From Porphyridium purpureum (lineage: Eukaryota), in NCBI GenBank assembly GCA_008690995.1, contig VRMN01000013.1, forward strand, positions 124,001 to 188,000: a stretch of 64,000 nucleotides of DNA, written 5' to 3'. Below are positions 10,571-20,710 of this stretch, piece after piece. Position numbers and translations under genes: made by a program. Numbering within the stretch: position 1 is the first letter of the stretch; the number at the start of each line of letters is the position of its first letter. The notes under the pieces are model-generated. The model was not told where the DNA came from and ran no database searches. It worked only from the letters and a program-made list of their open reading frames with translations.

Positions 10571-13500
10571 ATGGACGAGGACGCCACAAGCTCGTTCATG
10601 GCGAGCGTGGGACTGGATGCGCCAGGAGCTCAGCGCGCATTTGTGAAGCAGCTTTTGGCGCTTCGCGCGCAGGAAAAACAGCTCCTAGGGGATGGAAATG
10701 ACCATCAGGTGCCCGTGCGCATGTTTGATCATGCGGCTGGCGCCGCAGCGGCGGGGAAATTCAAACAGCGCTTCACAGTGCATGGCGCGCGCGACGTCCA
10801 ACTCGCAACACAAGCGGGCGTGGTGTCTCCGCATGGCGTCGAGCATCTGCACACTGGCGGTGAAAGCAAGTCAGTCGACCACAGTATTAGCAGCATCATT
10901 CCGTCCATGCGCATTTCGGAGCGCGACGCCAAAAAGTTGGTCCAGTACTGCGTGTCGTTAGCAGGCAAGCGCGTCGAAATATTCGAGCGCGCCCGAAGCG
11001 GGATATCCTACACACTCGCGGCGGCAGGCTCGCCGGGAAGCTGCGCCGCACTGGAGGATGTTATGGGTTCCTTGGACGCCGACGACATGGTCTTGCCGTC
11101 CACAAGCGAGGGAGTTGTCGTTGCCGTCCGCCTTACTCATAGTGCAAGCACTGGAGGCCGAGTGCTCGGCAGTGCCTACTTGGACCCGGCGCGGCGCGAG
11201 TTGGTGCTGGGTGAGATGGCGATTGACGACTGCTCCCGGTTGGAGGAGCTTGAGGTGATGTTGGTGTCCATCCAAGCACGCGAACTCTTGTGCTGCGAGT
11301 CAGATTTTTCACCGGCAGAGCGTCGCGTGCTTTCTGAGATCCTGGCAGACATTAACGTCGCTCGCACGCATCTTGCAAAGAAAGCTTTCAGCGATGAAAA
11401 TGTTGAAAGCGACTTGGACCGGCTCGCCGGCGGCGCGGCCGCAAAGGCGCTGTTCGTCGCGCACGGCGTGTCGCTCTCGTCGTCGAAAGGCGCATGCGCT
11501 GCGCTCATATCGTACCTTGGCCTGCACGTGTATGACGCCGAGTCGCGCGTGGAGCGCTACGGGCTCCGCTACGGTGACTTGGGCAGCATGAATGTGCTGC
11601 TTTTGGATCAGTCTGCTCTGCGTGCGCTCAATGTTTTCCCACAGACCGCCTCTGAGCACGGGCGTACAGGCTCTCTCTTTGGGTATATGAACGTTTGCGT
11701 AACTGCGATGGGCTCACGCGCTCTGAGAAGACTGCTTGCGCAGCCGTCTCGGGACATTGGTACAATCAACACGCGCCTCGACCGGGTCGAGGCACTCATG
11801 ACCGACAGTGTCACGCTCGACTCGATCCGCACGGAGCACTTGAAGCGTATGCCAGATGTCGCTGCGCTCTGTCGCAAGTTGCGCCGTGATCCGCCGACTG
11901 CATCTCTGCAGGATCTCGTGCGCTTGTACCAGTTTTCAATTCGTTTGCCTCTGCTCGCGGACACGGTGCGGCTGCTAGGCTGCAAGCAGTTTGAGCAGGT
12001 GAGTACAGATTTGCGCCAGCTGTCTGGCGAATTGGACAACTTTGAGGCGCTAATTGAGACCACTATTGACTTGGACTTGATTGATCAACACGAATTTGTG
12101 ATCTCATCGTCGGTGGATGTGCAGCTCGGTGTTTTGCAGCAATCCCGAGACGAATTGATCGAGCAAATTGCACTCGTACACACCAAAGTGGAGCGGCAGC
12201 TGCTGGCTGGGAGCTCTGGAAGTCATAAGAGTAGGGATCAGCAGGGGGCGGGTCTCGTAAAACTGGAACGGCGGCCTGCGCTCGGATACGAGTTCCGACT
12301 CACGCGCACAGATGAGAAATTGATCCGCGACAAGCCCAGCGTCTACATTGTCACGGATACGAAAAAAGATGGCGTTCGCTTCACTACAAAGGAGCTGCAA
12401 CGTCTCAACACCCGATATGTCGAGCTTTCTGATGAGTACGAGTCCAAGCAAGCAGCGTTGAAGAAGAAGACTGTGCAAGTCGCGTCCACTTACGTACCGG
12501 TGTTTGAGGACGCCGCAGTCAAGCTGGCAGAACTTGATGTGATTTGTGCTTTCGCGCACGTATCTTTGACCGCATCTGAGCCGTTTACGAGACCGTACGT
12601 GGTCGACCAGGCTTCTTGTACGGGAGTCCACGGGCAGAATGGAAGCGCAAAGCTAGTCTTGCACCGTGCTCGCCATCCGGTTGTGGAGGAGGCTCTTGAC
12701 GGGGGCTCGTTTATTCCCAACGACATCGATTTGCGCCGTGACGTAGACTCGGACGTTCAGGGCGATGGCCCGGAGCCTGCTCGACAATGTGGGGCATTGG
12801 CGATCGTAACAGGTCCAAACATGGGCGGAAAGAGCACGTACATCCGCACGGCGGGCGTTATCGCGCTGATGGCCCACTGCGGCTGCTTTGTACCTGCCAG
12901 TTATGCACAGGTACCAATTCTGGACCGCATTCTGGCGCGTGTCGGGGCAGGGGACAACCAGATGCGGGGTGTTTCAACGTTCATGGCCGAAATGCTCGAG
13001 ACAGCGGTCATCTTACGAGCTGCTACAAGTCAGTCGCTCATCATCATCGACGAGCTTGGACGCGGAACATCCACGTATGACGGTTTTGGCCTCGCATACG
13101 CCATCGCGGACCACATCCACCGCAGAATCGGAGCGCAGTGTCTCTTTGCCACCCACTTTCACGAACTGACTGCACTTGAGGCCGATGCGCCGCTCGGTGC
13201 GGTGAAGAATCTGCACGTGAGCGCCGAACCGGACGAGAGTGGGGACGGGCTGGTTTTTCTGTACAAGGTCATGAAAGGCCCGTGTGACCGGAGCTTTGGC
13301 ATTCATGTCGCTCGCATCGCTGGATTCCCAGAAAGCGTGCTGGAGCGAGCGCGCAAGCGCGCCGCAGTACTTGAAGACTTTGGGAACGCGGCGAGGAATG
13401 CGGACGAAGCCACTTCATCGAAGCGGGCGAAATTGAGCCACGCACTTCGCGACGTGCCAATCGAGCAGCTGCGCGAATTTCTTGCTGCGTACGAGCAGCT

Positions 13501-13579
13501 GCCATCGGATGGGCTTGGTTCACAGATGAAAGCCAGTACCAGCATTCAAGATCTGGCGCGTCGCATGCTGCCAATTTAA
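10571..13579 (+). CDS. MSH2: DNA mismatch repair protein MSH2
   Basis: MutS ATPase TGPNMGGKSTYIR, STFMAEMLET, IIDELGRGTSTYDGFGLA, ATHFHELT, SFGIHVA; MSH2-type KDGVRFT and LQDLVRLYQ. Confidence 0.95.
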   Translation: MDEDATSSFMASVGLDAPGAQRAFVKQLLALRAQEKQLLGDGNDHQVPVRMFDHAAGAAAAGKFKQRFTVHGARDVQLATQAGVVSPHGVEHLHTGGESKSVDHSISSIIPSMRISERDAKKLVQYCVSLAGKRVEIFERARSGISYTLAAAGSPGSCAALEDVMGSLDADDMVLPSTSEGVVVAVRLTHSASTGGRVLGSAYLDPARRELVLGEMAIDDCSRLEELEVMLVSIQARELLCCESDFSPAERRVLSEILADINVARTHLAKKAFSDENVESDLDRLAGGAAAKALFVAHGVSLSSSKGACAALISYLGLHVYDAESRVERYGLRYGDLGSMNVLLLDQSALRALNVFPQTASEHGRTGSLFGYMNVCVTAMGSRALRRLLAQPSRDIGTINTRLDRVEALMTDSVTLDSIRTEHLKRMPDVAALCRKLRRDPPTASLQDLVRLYQFSIRLPLLADTVRLLGCKQFEQVSTDLRQLSGELDNFEALIETTIDLDLIDQHEFVISSSVDVQLGVLQQSRDELIEQIALVHTKVERQLLAGSSGSHKSRDQQGAGLVKLERRPALGYEFRLTRTDEKLIRDKPSVYIVTDTKKDGVRFTTKELQRLNTRYVELSDEYESKQAALKKKTVQVASTYVPVFEDAAVKLAELDVICAFAHVSLTASEPFTRPYVVDQASCTGVHGQNGSAKLVLHRARHPVVEEALDGGSFIPNDIDLRRDVDSDVQGDGPEPARQCGALAIVTGPNMGGKSTYIRTAGVIALMAHCGCFVPASYAQVPILDRILARVGAGDNQMRGVSTFMAEMLETAVILRAATSQSLIIIDELGRGTSTYDGFGLAYAIADHIHRRIGAQCLFATHFHELTALEADAPLGAVKNLHVSAEPDESGDGLVFLYKVMKGPCDRSFGIHVARIAGFPESVLERARKRAAVLEDFGNAARNADEATSSKRAKLSHALRDVPIEQLREFLAAYEQLPSDGLGSQMKASTSIQDLARRMLPI

Positions 13580-13791
13580 GCTGCGTCCGAGGCGCGATTA
13601 TTTTACGATATTCTAGCCAGATATGTGTTTGCTACATCTCTCACGGTCTAACGAGTGCTTCGGAATAAAAAAAATTATTGCACCATTCAATAATTCCCTG
13701 TGCCCTCTGGTGGCCCGGCTGCACACCCCGACACATACGCCATAATCGCCGCTTTCGAAGCCGAAAGTACACACTTTCGAGATATCTGTAT

Positions 13792-14403
13792 CTACGACTG
13801 CATGGTGCGCCCGGGGAGTGGCGGCTCTACGTAGCGCCGCCGCAATATTCCCTTGGTGTAACCGAGTCCTGTACCCAGGCAAATTGGGCACGGCAGCGTG
13901 CCAGTGCCTTCACAGGTCGGGCACACGACGCCCTTATACCTGACGTTTCGATTTTCCTTGGACGCGCCGAGCGCTCTCCAGAAGCCCGTCCCCGAGCACA
14001 TTTCACACGGCACCTTGCCCTTTCCGAGGCAGTTGGAGCACGGCCCCGCCTCCTCCTCCAGCCGCTCAATGCGCTCCTCCTTGGTCTCCTTGGCGGCGAC
14101 TTGCGTGCCTTTCCGCGCGTCCATGCCCATCACACCACCCAGCACCATCCCGAACACCGCAGCACACGAAGTCCTCAACCACGCGCGCCTGGAAACACTC
14201 TCCTCTCCCTCCCTTGTGCTGTGTGGCTCGTCTTCACGCGCATGCTGCGCGTGCATCCGTACACGATTCCGCGCTTCTGCCTTCCGAGCACGGCCCGTTT
14301 CTGCGACGCGGGCGTGACATCTCGCGCAGACCAGCTGTTCAGCAGACTGTTCTGCCGCAGACGCATGCCCTCCGGACAGTCCAGCGCCACCCACAAACGC
14401 CAT
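13792..14403 (-). CDS. PSA2-like DnaJ-type zinc-finger protein, probably thylakoid lumenal
   Basis: MAFVGG transit-like start; SRRAWL twin-Arg plus hydrophobic stretch; four CxxCxGxG repeats; CPICLGTGL..KGILRR tail as in plant PSA2. Confidence 0.75.
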   Translation of the reverse strand: MAFVGGAGLSGGHASAAEQSAEQLVCARCHARVAETGRARKAEARNRVRMHAQHAREDEPHSTREGEESVSRRAWLRTSCAAVFGMVLGGVMGMDARKGTQVAAKETKEERIERLEEEAGPCSNCLGKGKVPCEMCSGTGFWRALGASKENRNVRYKGVVCPTCEGTGTLPCPICLGTGLGYTKGILRRRYVEPPLPGRTMQS

Positions 14404-14417
14404 GATCGTCCACTCCG

Positions 14418-14419
<2 letters not shown>

Positions 14420-14452
<33 letters not shown>
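14420..14452 (-). repeat. (GA)n microsatellite in 5' leader
   Basis: (CT)n about 17 bp upstream of minus-strand ATG 14403. Confidence 0.9.
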
Positions 14453-14455
<3 letters not shown>

Positions 14456-14874
14456 CTCCATCTCTTCGCCTTCTTGAGCTCCTGCCAACTGCCGCCTTCC
14501 AACACAGCGACGACGGCCAGAACTGAACACCCGGGTACTGCTGGTCTGATCATGCGGTACAGTTTGCGGTACACGTGTTGCTGCGTGCGGATTGGGGAAG
14601 CAGGCGCGCACGGGATGTGGGTTGGAGGAGGCACGGCACCTGAGCTGGTGTGGCATGGCTGCTGTGTGTTTTCGAGGCCGATTAGGACGTACATGGCGAT
14701 CATGATGATGATTACAACGATGGTTAAGATGGCGGTGGTGGTCCAAGCGCACGCGCAACTTGTGGGCAGACGTCTCTTGGCAATTTACTTCGGTGTGAAT
14801 GTGTTTTGGTAACTTTAGTTGAGATGGACAGTTAGCTGTGGCGGCGTGAGAATGATACGAGTCGACGAGTCAGT

Positions 14875-15213
14875 CTACCATGCGGCGCTTTCGCCAATGT
14901 ACGCGCCGCATTTCGGGCAGCTGTGTAGCGCAGTGTTGGTTCCGCTGTTGCAGAGGCCAGGGATGAAGACGCAGCACAGCCCCGTGAAGATGCAGATGCC
15001 CCAGTTCAGCGCGTTGCACGAGTTGTACTCCACGCTGGTCTGCACCTTCTCGCCGCACGCGCCGCACATCGTGACCTGCGGGTGCTTGCCCATCCTGGCT
15101 GCGCCCATCTGCACATACACAGTCTGCTGAGCAGCAGCCGGAGCCGGAGCTGGAGCTTGTGCGGTAGTCGCGCCGGTGTTCATGGTCGATTGCATCTGGT
15201 CCGCGGACGCCAT
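14875..15213 (-). CDS. LITAF-domain (zf-LITAF) protein, copy 1
   Basis: PQVTMCGACGEKVQTSVEY - hydrophobic segment - HSCPKCGAYIG. Confidence 0.88.
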   Translation of the reverse strand: MASADQMQSTMNTGATTAQAPAPAPAAAQQTVYVQMGAARMGKHPQVTMCGACGEKVQTSVEYNSCNALNWGICIFTGLCCVFIPGLCNSGTNTALHSCPKCGAYIGESAAW

Positions 15214-15847
15214 GGTAGCTTCTGCTCGCTGATTGGATCGAATGCGGAATTCGCTACTTGACGCTTGCTTGACTGGCTGCTTCGTTGGGAGTTTGTCCAG
15301 TTGATCGGTATGGCCAGTATGCTCAGTTTCTGTTGCTGTTGCTGTTCTTGTTGCTGTTGCGTTCAGTGGCTCTCTGTTTCGGACATCACCCACCTGTCTG
15401 GAGCTGCGTCTTTATGTCCCGCCCCGCACCCTGCCGCATGCGCCACCTGCCGCGTGTGGCTTACATGGTAGTACAGTGTAAGTCGCAAACCATTTCTGAC
15501 AGGTCAGCGCGCTGAGCGTGTCGGGCTTCGTGTCGGGCTTCGTGTCGCTCAACAGCCGGCGCGCGGACGACGATCCTCGTGACTGTGAAAGCACGTCGCT
15601 TACATGTCTGCTGATGAGTCGTGAACGCGCGCCGAACAAACTCGCTGCGCAACGGCCGCGCGGCTATTTAGGAGCGCGGGCCGTGCCGCATTGATCCAAA
15701 CACGGAAGATTGCACAAGCTAAAAGCAACCAGTCGAGAAGCAGCAGAGCCAAAAGCAAGCAACGAAAACCAAGAAGCAGAAAGCCTTTGCAAGAACACCA
15801 GCTCCTTTGATTTGCAATTTTCAGGCGTCGGCAAAGACAGCATCAAT

Positions 15848-16192
15848 ATGGCTTCCGTCCAGCAGCAGTCGTGCGCGGAGAACTTGAACGCGACCGGCGC
15901 TGCGACAGAAGCACCTGCGCAGCCGCAGCTGGAGTCGCGGCAGACCGTGTACGTTCAGACTGGCCCGGTCAAGATGAGCAAGCACCCGCAAGTGACGGTG
16001 TGCGGCGCGTGCGGCGAGAAGGTGCAGACGAAAGTGGAGTACAACTCGTGCAATGCGATCAATTGGGGCATCTGCATCTTCACGGGGCTGTGCTGCGTGT
16101 TCATTCCGGGCCTGTGCAACAGCGGAACCAACACCGCGCTGCACACCTGCCCGAAATGCGGCGCGTTTGTTGGCGAGAGCTCCGCATGTTAA
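15848..16192 (+). CDS. LITAF-domain (zf-LITAF) protein, copy 2
   Basis: PQVTVCGACGEKVQTKVEY - hydrophobic segment - HTCPKCGAFVG; near-identical paralogue of 14875..15213. Confidence 0.88.
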   Translation: MASVQQQSCAENLNATGAATEAPAQPQLESRQTVYVQTGPVKMSKHPQVTVCGACGEKVQTKVEYNSCNAINWGICIFTGLCCVFIPGLCNSGTNTALHTCPKCGAFVGESSAC

Positions 16193-16720
16193 GCACTTTC
16201 GTTTTATAACATTAAAATATATGTTAAATGTGGGTTAAAATCACGTGTTTTTGAAGACTCAGCGCACGGAGAGCTCGCGGGTTGAAGCGGGCGGCGGAAT
16301 GACCAACCATGATTTCGTGGAGTCGAAAGGCGTACGGGGGAGAGGCCCGTCGGCGACAGCCGCTGTTCCGCGGCGCGCTGAATCCGGAGCGTCGGCGGAT
16401 GAGAATGACGCTCGAGCACGGCACGCTGCCACAGTCGGTGCCGACAAATGTCGACAATATGCCCGGAAGCGGCGCGACCGAGGGACTGGCGGTCACGGGA
16501 ATTTTGCTCGGCATGCTGTACAAGTTTGCGATGCGCAAAGATATTGAGTTCTAGCCGGTTCACAAATTCATTATCATCACAAAAAAGCAAAGGGGCATTT
16601 GACATGACGCGGAGGTCTGCTTTGCGCTTTCTACGTGGTCTCATGGCGGTTCATTGCACGCTCGTGCGCGAGGCTGCCGCCGACGCTAGAGTCTGCAGTG
16701 CCTACTTTTCTGGTGGTATA

Positions 16721-18394
16721 TCAAGTACTTTCTTCCTCGGTCTCTGCCTCGGTAGGATTTACGGAGTCAAAACCTGTAATTTGCACTTGCTGTTGGTGCT
16801 GCTGACGCGAGTAAGCCTCCATATCTCGTTCGGCGCCCCGCATATACTCGTCAGTCATTTCTGAGGTCGGCGCAAACACAAGCTGATCATCAAAGATAGC
16901 GCGCCTACTCCGTGGCGGGACGACGAGCACCTCCAAACAGCCGGGAGCAAGTCCCCAGTGCCCGCGCGCAATCTCGCCCAGGAGCTGTGTCCGCGACCAA
17001 CGCGCATCGCCCCAGAACACCATGACGCGAACCTTGTGACAGTTGCGGTTGCCATCATTCTCATTGTTCTCACCATTCAAGCTTGTATCTAAGCGCAGCA
17101 CGCTTTCTCTGAACTTCTTCGACGCGCCACCACCGTGCCCGTCCAAGATCACCACCTCCCACTGTTCAGTAACCGCGTCATAAGAACGCAGCACACCAAG
17201 CACTCCTGTGCTTCCATCGTCTCGCACTTGCACCACATCACCGACAAAGAAGGTCGAGTTCGGCGGAAGCGAACCACTGCCGAGTGATGCATTCCGAGCG
17301 GCTCGCTGCAAAGCCGCGGTCAATTCGCGGTGTACTGTCCAACCGTGCTCCTGGTCTTCGTGCTCACCTCCAAGTGTGATGCACCACTGAATGTCAGACT
17401 CCTCGCAGGGTCCTCCATCGTAGTGCTCCAGCTCGATGTTATCACGCAAGTGCGGGTATTGTTCGCAAAAGGCCTGGAGCGATGCTTTCACGGCCTCGTG
17501 GTCATTGCCGCGCTCTTCATCTGAACCCTGAGGAATTCTGCGGGTCAAATTTACCGCCACGACGTGGTCCTCGCCAAACGTAGTATCTTGAGCATGCAGT
17601 ACGATGCGCGCAGGGACAGACAAAGCATTGAATGCGCTTATCAAGCCTGCATGATTGCCGCGGTCATCTGCCCCAGTCCTGTTCTCGTCACCCACCGCAA
17701 CATTTTGCAGCGCGCCTTCCGCTGCAAGTCGAAAGACGCGGCCACGGATAACAATGGACGGAAAGCCATCGCGTGGACCGTTTGCTCTGGCGTCTGTGTT
17801 CGAGTTAGAAACGAGGCGCTCACGGAGAGCGTCAAGTGTTTCCTGCTCCTCTACAAGAAACTCGAGCGTGCCTGAATCAGGCTCAACGGACGTGATGAGG
17901 TACGCACCTCCAATCCAGTGCTGATATCCACACATAATGCGCAGCAGCGCGGGCATTTCGTGCAGCGAGCGCTGGAGCTCCGCCGAGAATGCCATGTGCG
18001 CCGCAATCACGCCGCGTGGCGCAATAAGAGCCGCGAGCTCAGCGCCCGTAAAGCCTTCCATGAGTTGCTGGCGCGTGGGCGGGCGCACAGAGAAGGGCGT
18101 CAAACACACCGCACACTGTGTAAGCCGCGGGTCGTTGTGATAAAACGACGGATGAGTGGGCTGACTCACCAAAATACTTCTCTGCCACCTTCTGAGACAC
18201 TGCAGGTGCACATACCGCTGACCACCCATACACGCGCACGGCGACACCAGCGCATTCGACTCGATGCCTGGCGTCGTCCCATTCTGTGCGTCGCATTCAT
18301 CCACAGCTCCTTCGAAGCAGTACCTGCAAAGTCGCTCCTCGTCCTCCTCGTCCTCCTCACCTACAGCCCTGTTGGGTTCCTTCGGGTGCGCCAT
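16721..18394 (-). CDS. RING-CH (RINGv) protein with AlgH/UPF0301 (DUF179)-like C-terminal motifs
   Basis: CRYCF...LVSPCACMGGQRYVHLQCLRRWQ...CAVC (C4HC3); later VAVNLTR, HYDGGPC, VFWGDARWSRTQLLGEIARGHW. Confidence 0.8.
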   Translation of the reverse strand: MAHPKEPNRAVGEEDEEDEERLCRYCFEGAVDECDAQNGTTPGIESNALVSPCACMGGQRYVHLQCLRRWQRSILVSQPTHPSFYHNDPRLTQCAVCLTPFSVRPPTRQQLMEGFTGAELAALIAPRGVIAAHMAFSAELQRSLHEMPALLRIMCGYQHWIGGAYLITSVEPDSGTLEFLVEEQETLDALRERLVSNSNTDARANGPRDGFPSIVIRGRVFRLAAEGALQNVAVGDENRTGADDRGNHAGLISAFNALSVPARIVLHAQDTTFGEDHVVAVNLTRRIPQGSDEERGNDHEAVKASLQAFCEQYPHLRDNIELEHYDGGPCEESDIQWCITLGGEHEDQEHGWTVHRELTAALQRAARNASLGSGSLPPNSTFFVGDVVQVRDDGSTGVLGVLRSYDAVTEQWEVVILDGHGGGASKKFRESVLRLDTSLNGENNENDGNRNCHKVRVMVFWGDARWSRTQLLGEIARGHWGLAPGCLEVLVVPPRSRRAIFDDQLVFAPTSEMTDEYMRGAERDMEAYSRQQHQQQVQITGFDSVNPTEAETEEEST

Positions 18395-18444
18395 CTACGC
18401 TGTCGTGTGCTGTGCGTCCACACAATCCTCCGTCAAGCACCGCA

Positions 18445-18488
18445 TCTCTCTCTCTCTCTCTCTCTCACTCGCTCTCTCTTTCTCTCCT
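18445..18488 (-). repeat. (GA)n-rich 5' leader
   Basis: (CT)n tract about 50 bp upstream of minus-strand ATG 18394. Confidence 0.85.
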
Positions 18489-19099
18489 CATGAACGCCAG
18501 CGCCGCATCTCCTCAAATGGGCTGGCTGCTTATCGGTTTATCGGTTTCACGCTGCGCAAACGCTCGAAAGATCGATTGAGGTACACTGCCTTGCTACGAG
18601 GTACAGCTCTGTGCGTTTCTTGCGGATACGCCGTTTGTCCCGCGCTCGAGACAGTCGGTGGAAGGATTGGACAGACGTCTCTGGATAGTCGCATGATGCT
18701 GCTCATGACCGCGCGCGACGGATGCACGCATCAGTAGCAGAGAATGCAATGCGGCATACCCGTGCTTGCGCGCCGCTCACGCCGTGTGGCGCAAGAGAAG
18801 GTCGCCTGTCGGATGTTCGCGCGCAGAGATGAAGCGGCACGTGTGGAACATGCAATGGAGCGTTGCAACTGTACTTTTGGTGGCACTTGCTGACACGTCG
18901 AAACCGGTGGGGGGAGAAGGTGGGCGGCTCGCAGAAGGGCGAATGCGGCGCAGGATCGTTGGGTCTCGGGTTGTGATACAAGGATAGACTGCCGGCAGCG
19001 CGCGCCCGTGGCTGCGGTGGCTGCGGTGGTGTCGACCCTGGAGAGCGCGCGTTGGATTGGGTGGGTGTGCTTGATGAGGAGGGAAAAGAAAAGGGGAAG

Positions 19100-20710
19100 A
19101 TGGGGTTGATCGACGCGTTGAAGAGCATGACGTCTTCGGAGTCGCCAGATCCGGGGATCACGACAGGAGGGAATGAGAGGAGGTCGCTCTTGCGGAAAAC
19201 CTCGAGTGTGGGTTTGGGTGGTGCGGCGGCGGCGGGGAATAGCGATTTTTTGCCGCGTGGGCCGACGGCGCAGGGAACAAAACCGATGAAAAAGGCAATG
19301 TCGGTTTCGGGGTCCTCGGAGCATCCGTATACGGGGGGAAAGTATGGCACCGTAAACCATCGGCATAAATACATCAACGATGAAGATGTTCTCTCAACGG
19401 GCGCCTCTGCGGGGCATAGTTACCCGCGATGGGATTTTGATGGCGAAATCCTTGCCGAAGTCCGAGCCCGGCGGATCTTCAACCACATCGAGCAGCGTAA
19501 AATGGGTTTGAATCTGGGACTTGAAGGATATAAGGGTCCGCTCAATGTCCTGCTGCTCTTTGTCCCATTGGGAATCTGGGCCGGTGTGGCAAAGTGGAAC
19601 CCAGCGGTCGTGTTTATCTTTAACTTTTTAGGGTGCATTCCTCTCGCGACCATTCTGGGTCGAGCCACGGAGGACGTGGCAGACAACTCAACTGAGACGA
19701 TCGGTGGCTTGCTTAATGCCACGTTTGGCAACGCGGTCGAGCTCATATTGTCCGTAGCCGCTTTGCGGAGTGGGAAGCTCGACGTCGTACGAAATACCTT
19801 GGTCGGGTCCATACTGTCAAATCTGTTATTGGTACTGGGCAGTTCTCTGCTCTTCGGTGGCTTCTACTATCGCGAGCAACATATTTTACCACAGATTGTC
19901 GAAGCAAACTGCCTGGCGCTGACCACGGCAGCAATTGGTTTTGTTTTGCCGCCGCTCTTTGCGCTCACCCTTCGTGAGAGCAAGGTGGACCAGCACAAAG
20001 CAATCATCGAGAAGTTTTCCTTCGTGTCGAGCGTAATTTTACTTACTGTTTACGTTCTGTATCTCGTGTTTCAGCTCAAAACGCACAGTGACGATTTTGA
20101 TGACACGTCGACCGGAGGCGATGGTGACGGAGATGGTGACGGTGATGGTGATGGTGACGGTGATGGTGATGGTGATGGTGATGGTGATGAGGAAATGCAG
20201 CAGCAATCCCAGCAAGACGCTTTGGAAGAAGATGACAAGCCAACATTGAAGGTAGCGCTTTCAATTATGGTAATTGATGTTTTGCTGGTCGCCGCGTCCT
20301 CGGAGTTTTTAGTCGACAGCCTGGAAGGGTTTTCTTTTTCATGTGGCCTGAGTGAGGCGTTTGTGGCTGTGGTGCTCTTGCCATTCATTGGAAATGCCGT
20401 AGAGCACGTCTCTGCTGTGATTGTGGCAATGAAGAACCGAATGGACCTGAGCGTTGGCATCGCATTAGGCAGCAGTGTCCAAATCGCCATCTTCGCGTCA
20501 CCATTCATGGTTCTTCTGTCTTGGCTCGTCGTGCCGTCCGGTGCGCCGAAGCTCACATTGGACATGTCCACATTCGATACAGTTTCCATCGTGGTCGCGG
20601 TCTGCATGGCAAGCTTTACATTGCGGGACGCCACGACGAATTGGCTGGAAGGCGCAGTGCTGGTCCTTATGTACTGTTTGGTAGCCGCTGGATTTTACTT
20701 CAAGCCGTGA
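19100..20710 (+). CDS. CAX: Ca2+/H+ antiporter (CAX/VCX1 family)
   Basis: GGLLNATFGNAVELI, GSILSNLLLVLG, YLVFQLKTH, LPFIGNAVEH, ALGSSVQIA, NWLEG. Confidence 0.95.
   Translation: MGLIDALKSMTSSESPDPGITTGGNERRSLLRKTSSVGLGGAAAAGNSDFLPRGPTAQGTKPMKKAMSVSGSSEHPYTGGKYGTVNHRHKYINDEDVLSTGASAGHSYPRWDFDGEILAEVRARRIFNHIEQRKMGLNLGLEGYKGPLNVLLLFVPLGIWAGVAKWNPAVVFIFNFLGCIPLATILGRATEDVADNSTETIGGLLNATFGNAVELILSVAALRSGKLDVVRNTLVGSILSNLLLVLGSSLLFGGFYYREQHILPQIVEANCLALTTAAIGFVLPPLFALTLRESKVDQHKAIIEKFSFVSSVILLTVYVLYLVFQLKTHSDDFDDTSTGGDGDGDGDGDGDGDGDGDGDGDGDEEMQQQSQQDALEEDDKPTLKVALSIMVIDVLLVAASSEFLVDSLEGFSFSCGLSEAFVAVVLLPFIGNAVEHVSAVIVAMKNRMDLSVGIALGSSVQIAIFASPFMVLLSWLVVPSGAPKLTLDMSTFDTVSIVVAVCMASFTLRDATTNWLEGAVLVLMYCLVAAGFYFKP
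20117..20188 (+). repeat. (GD)12 hexanucleotide coding repeat in CAX acidic loop
   Basis: ggN-gaY repeated 12 times in frame. Confidence 0.95.

Noticed and set aside
16309..16554. Small ORF ending in a hydrophobic tail (GLAVTGILLGMLYKFAMRK)
   Set aside because: Short, no recognised family and no clear promoter modules; cannot be supported without expression data.
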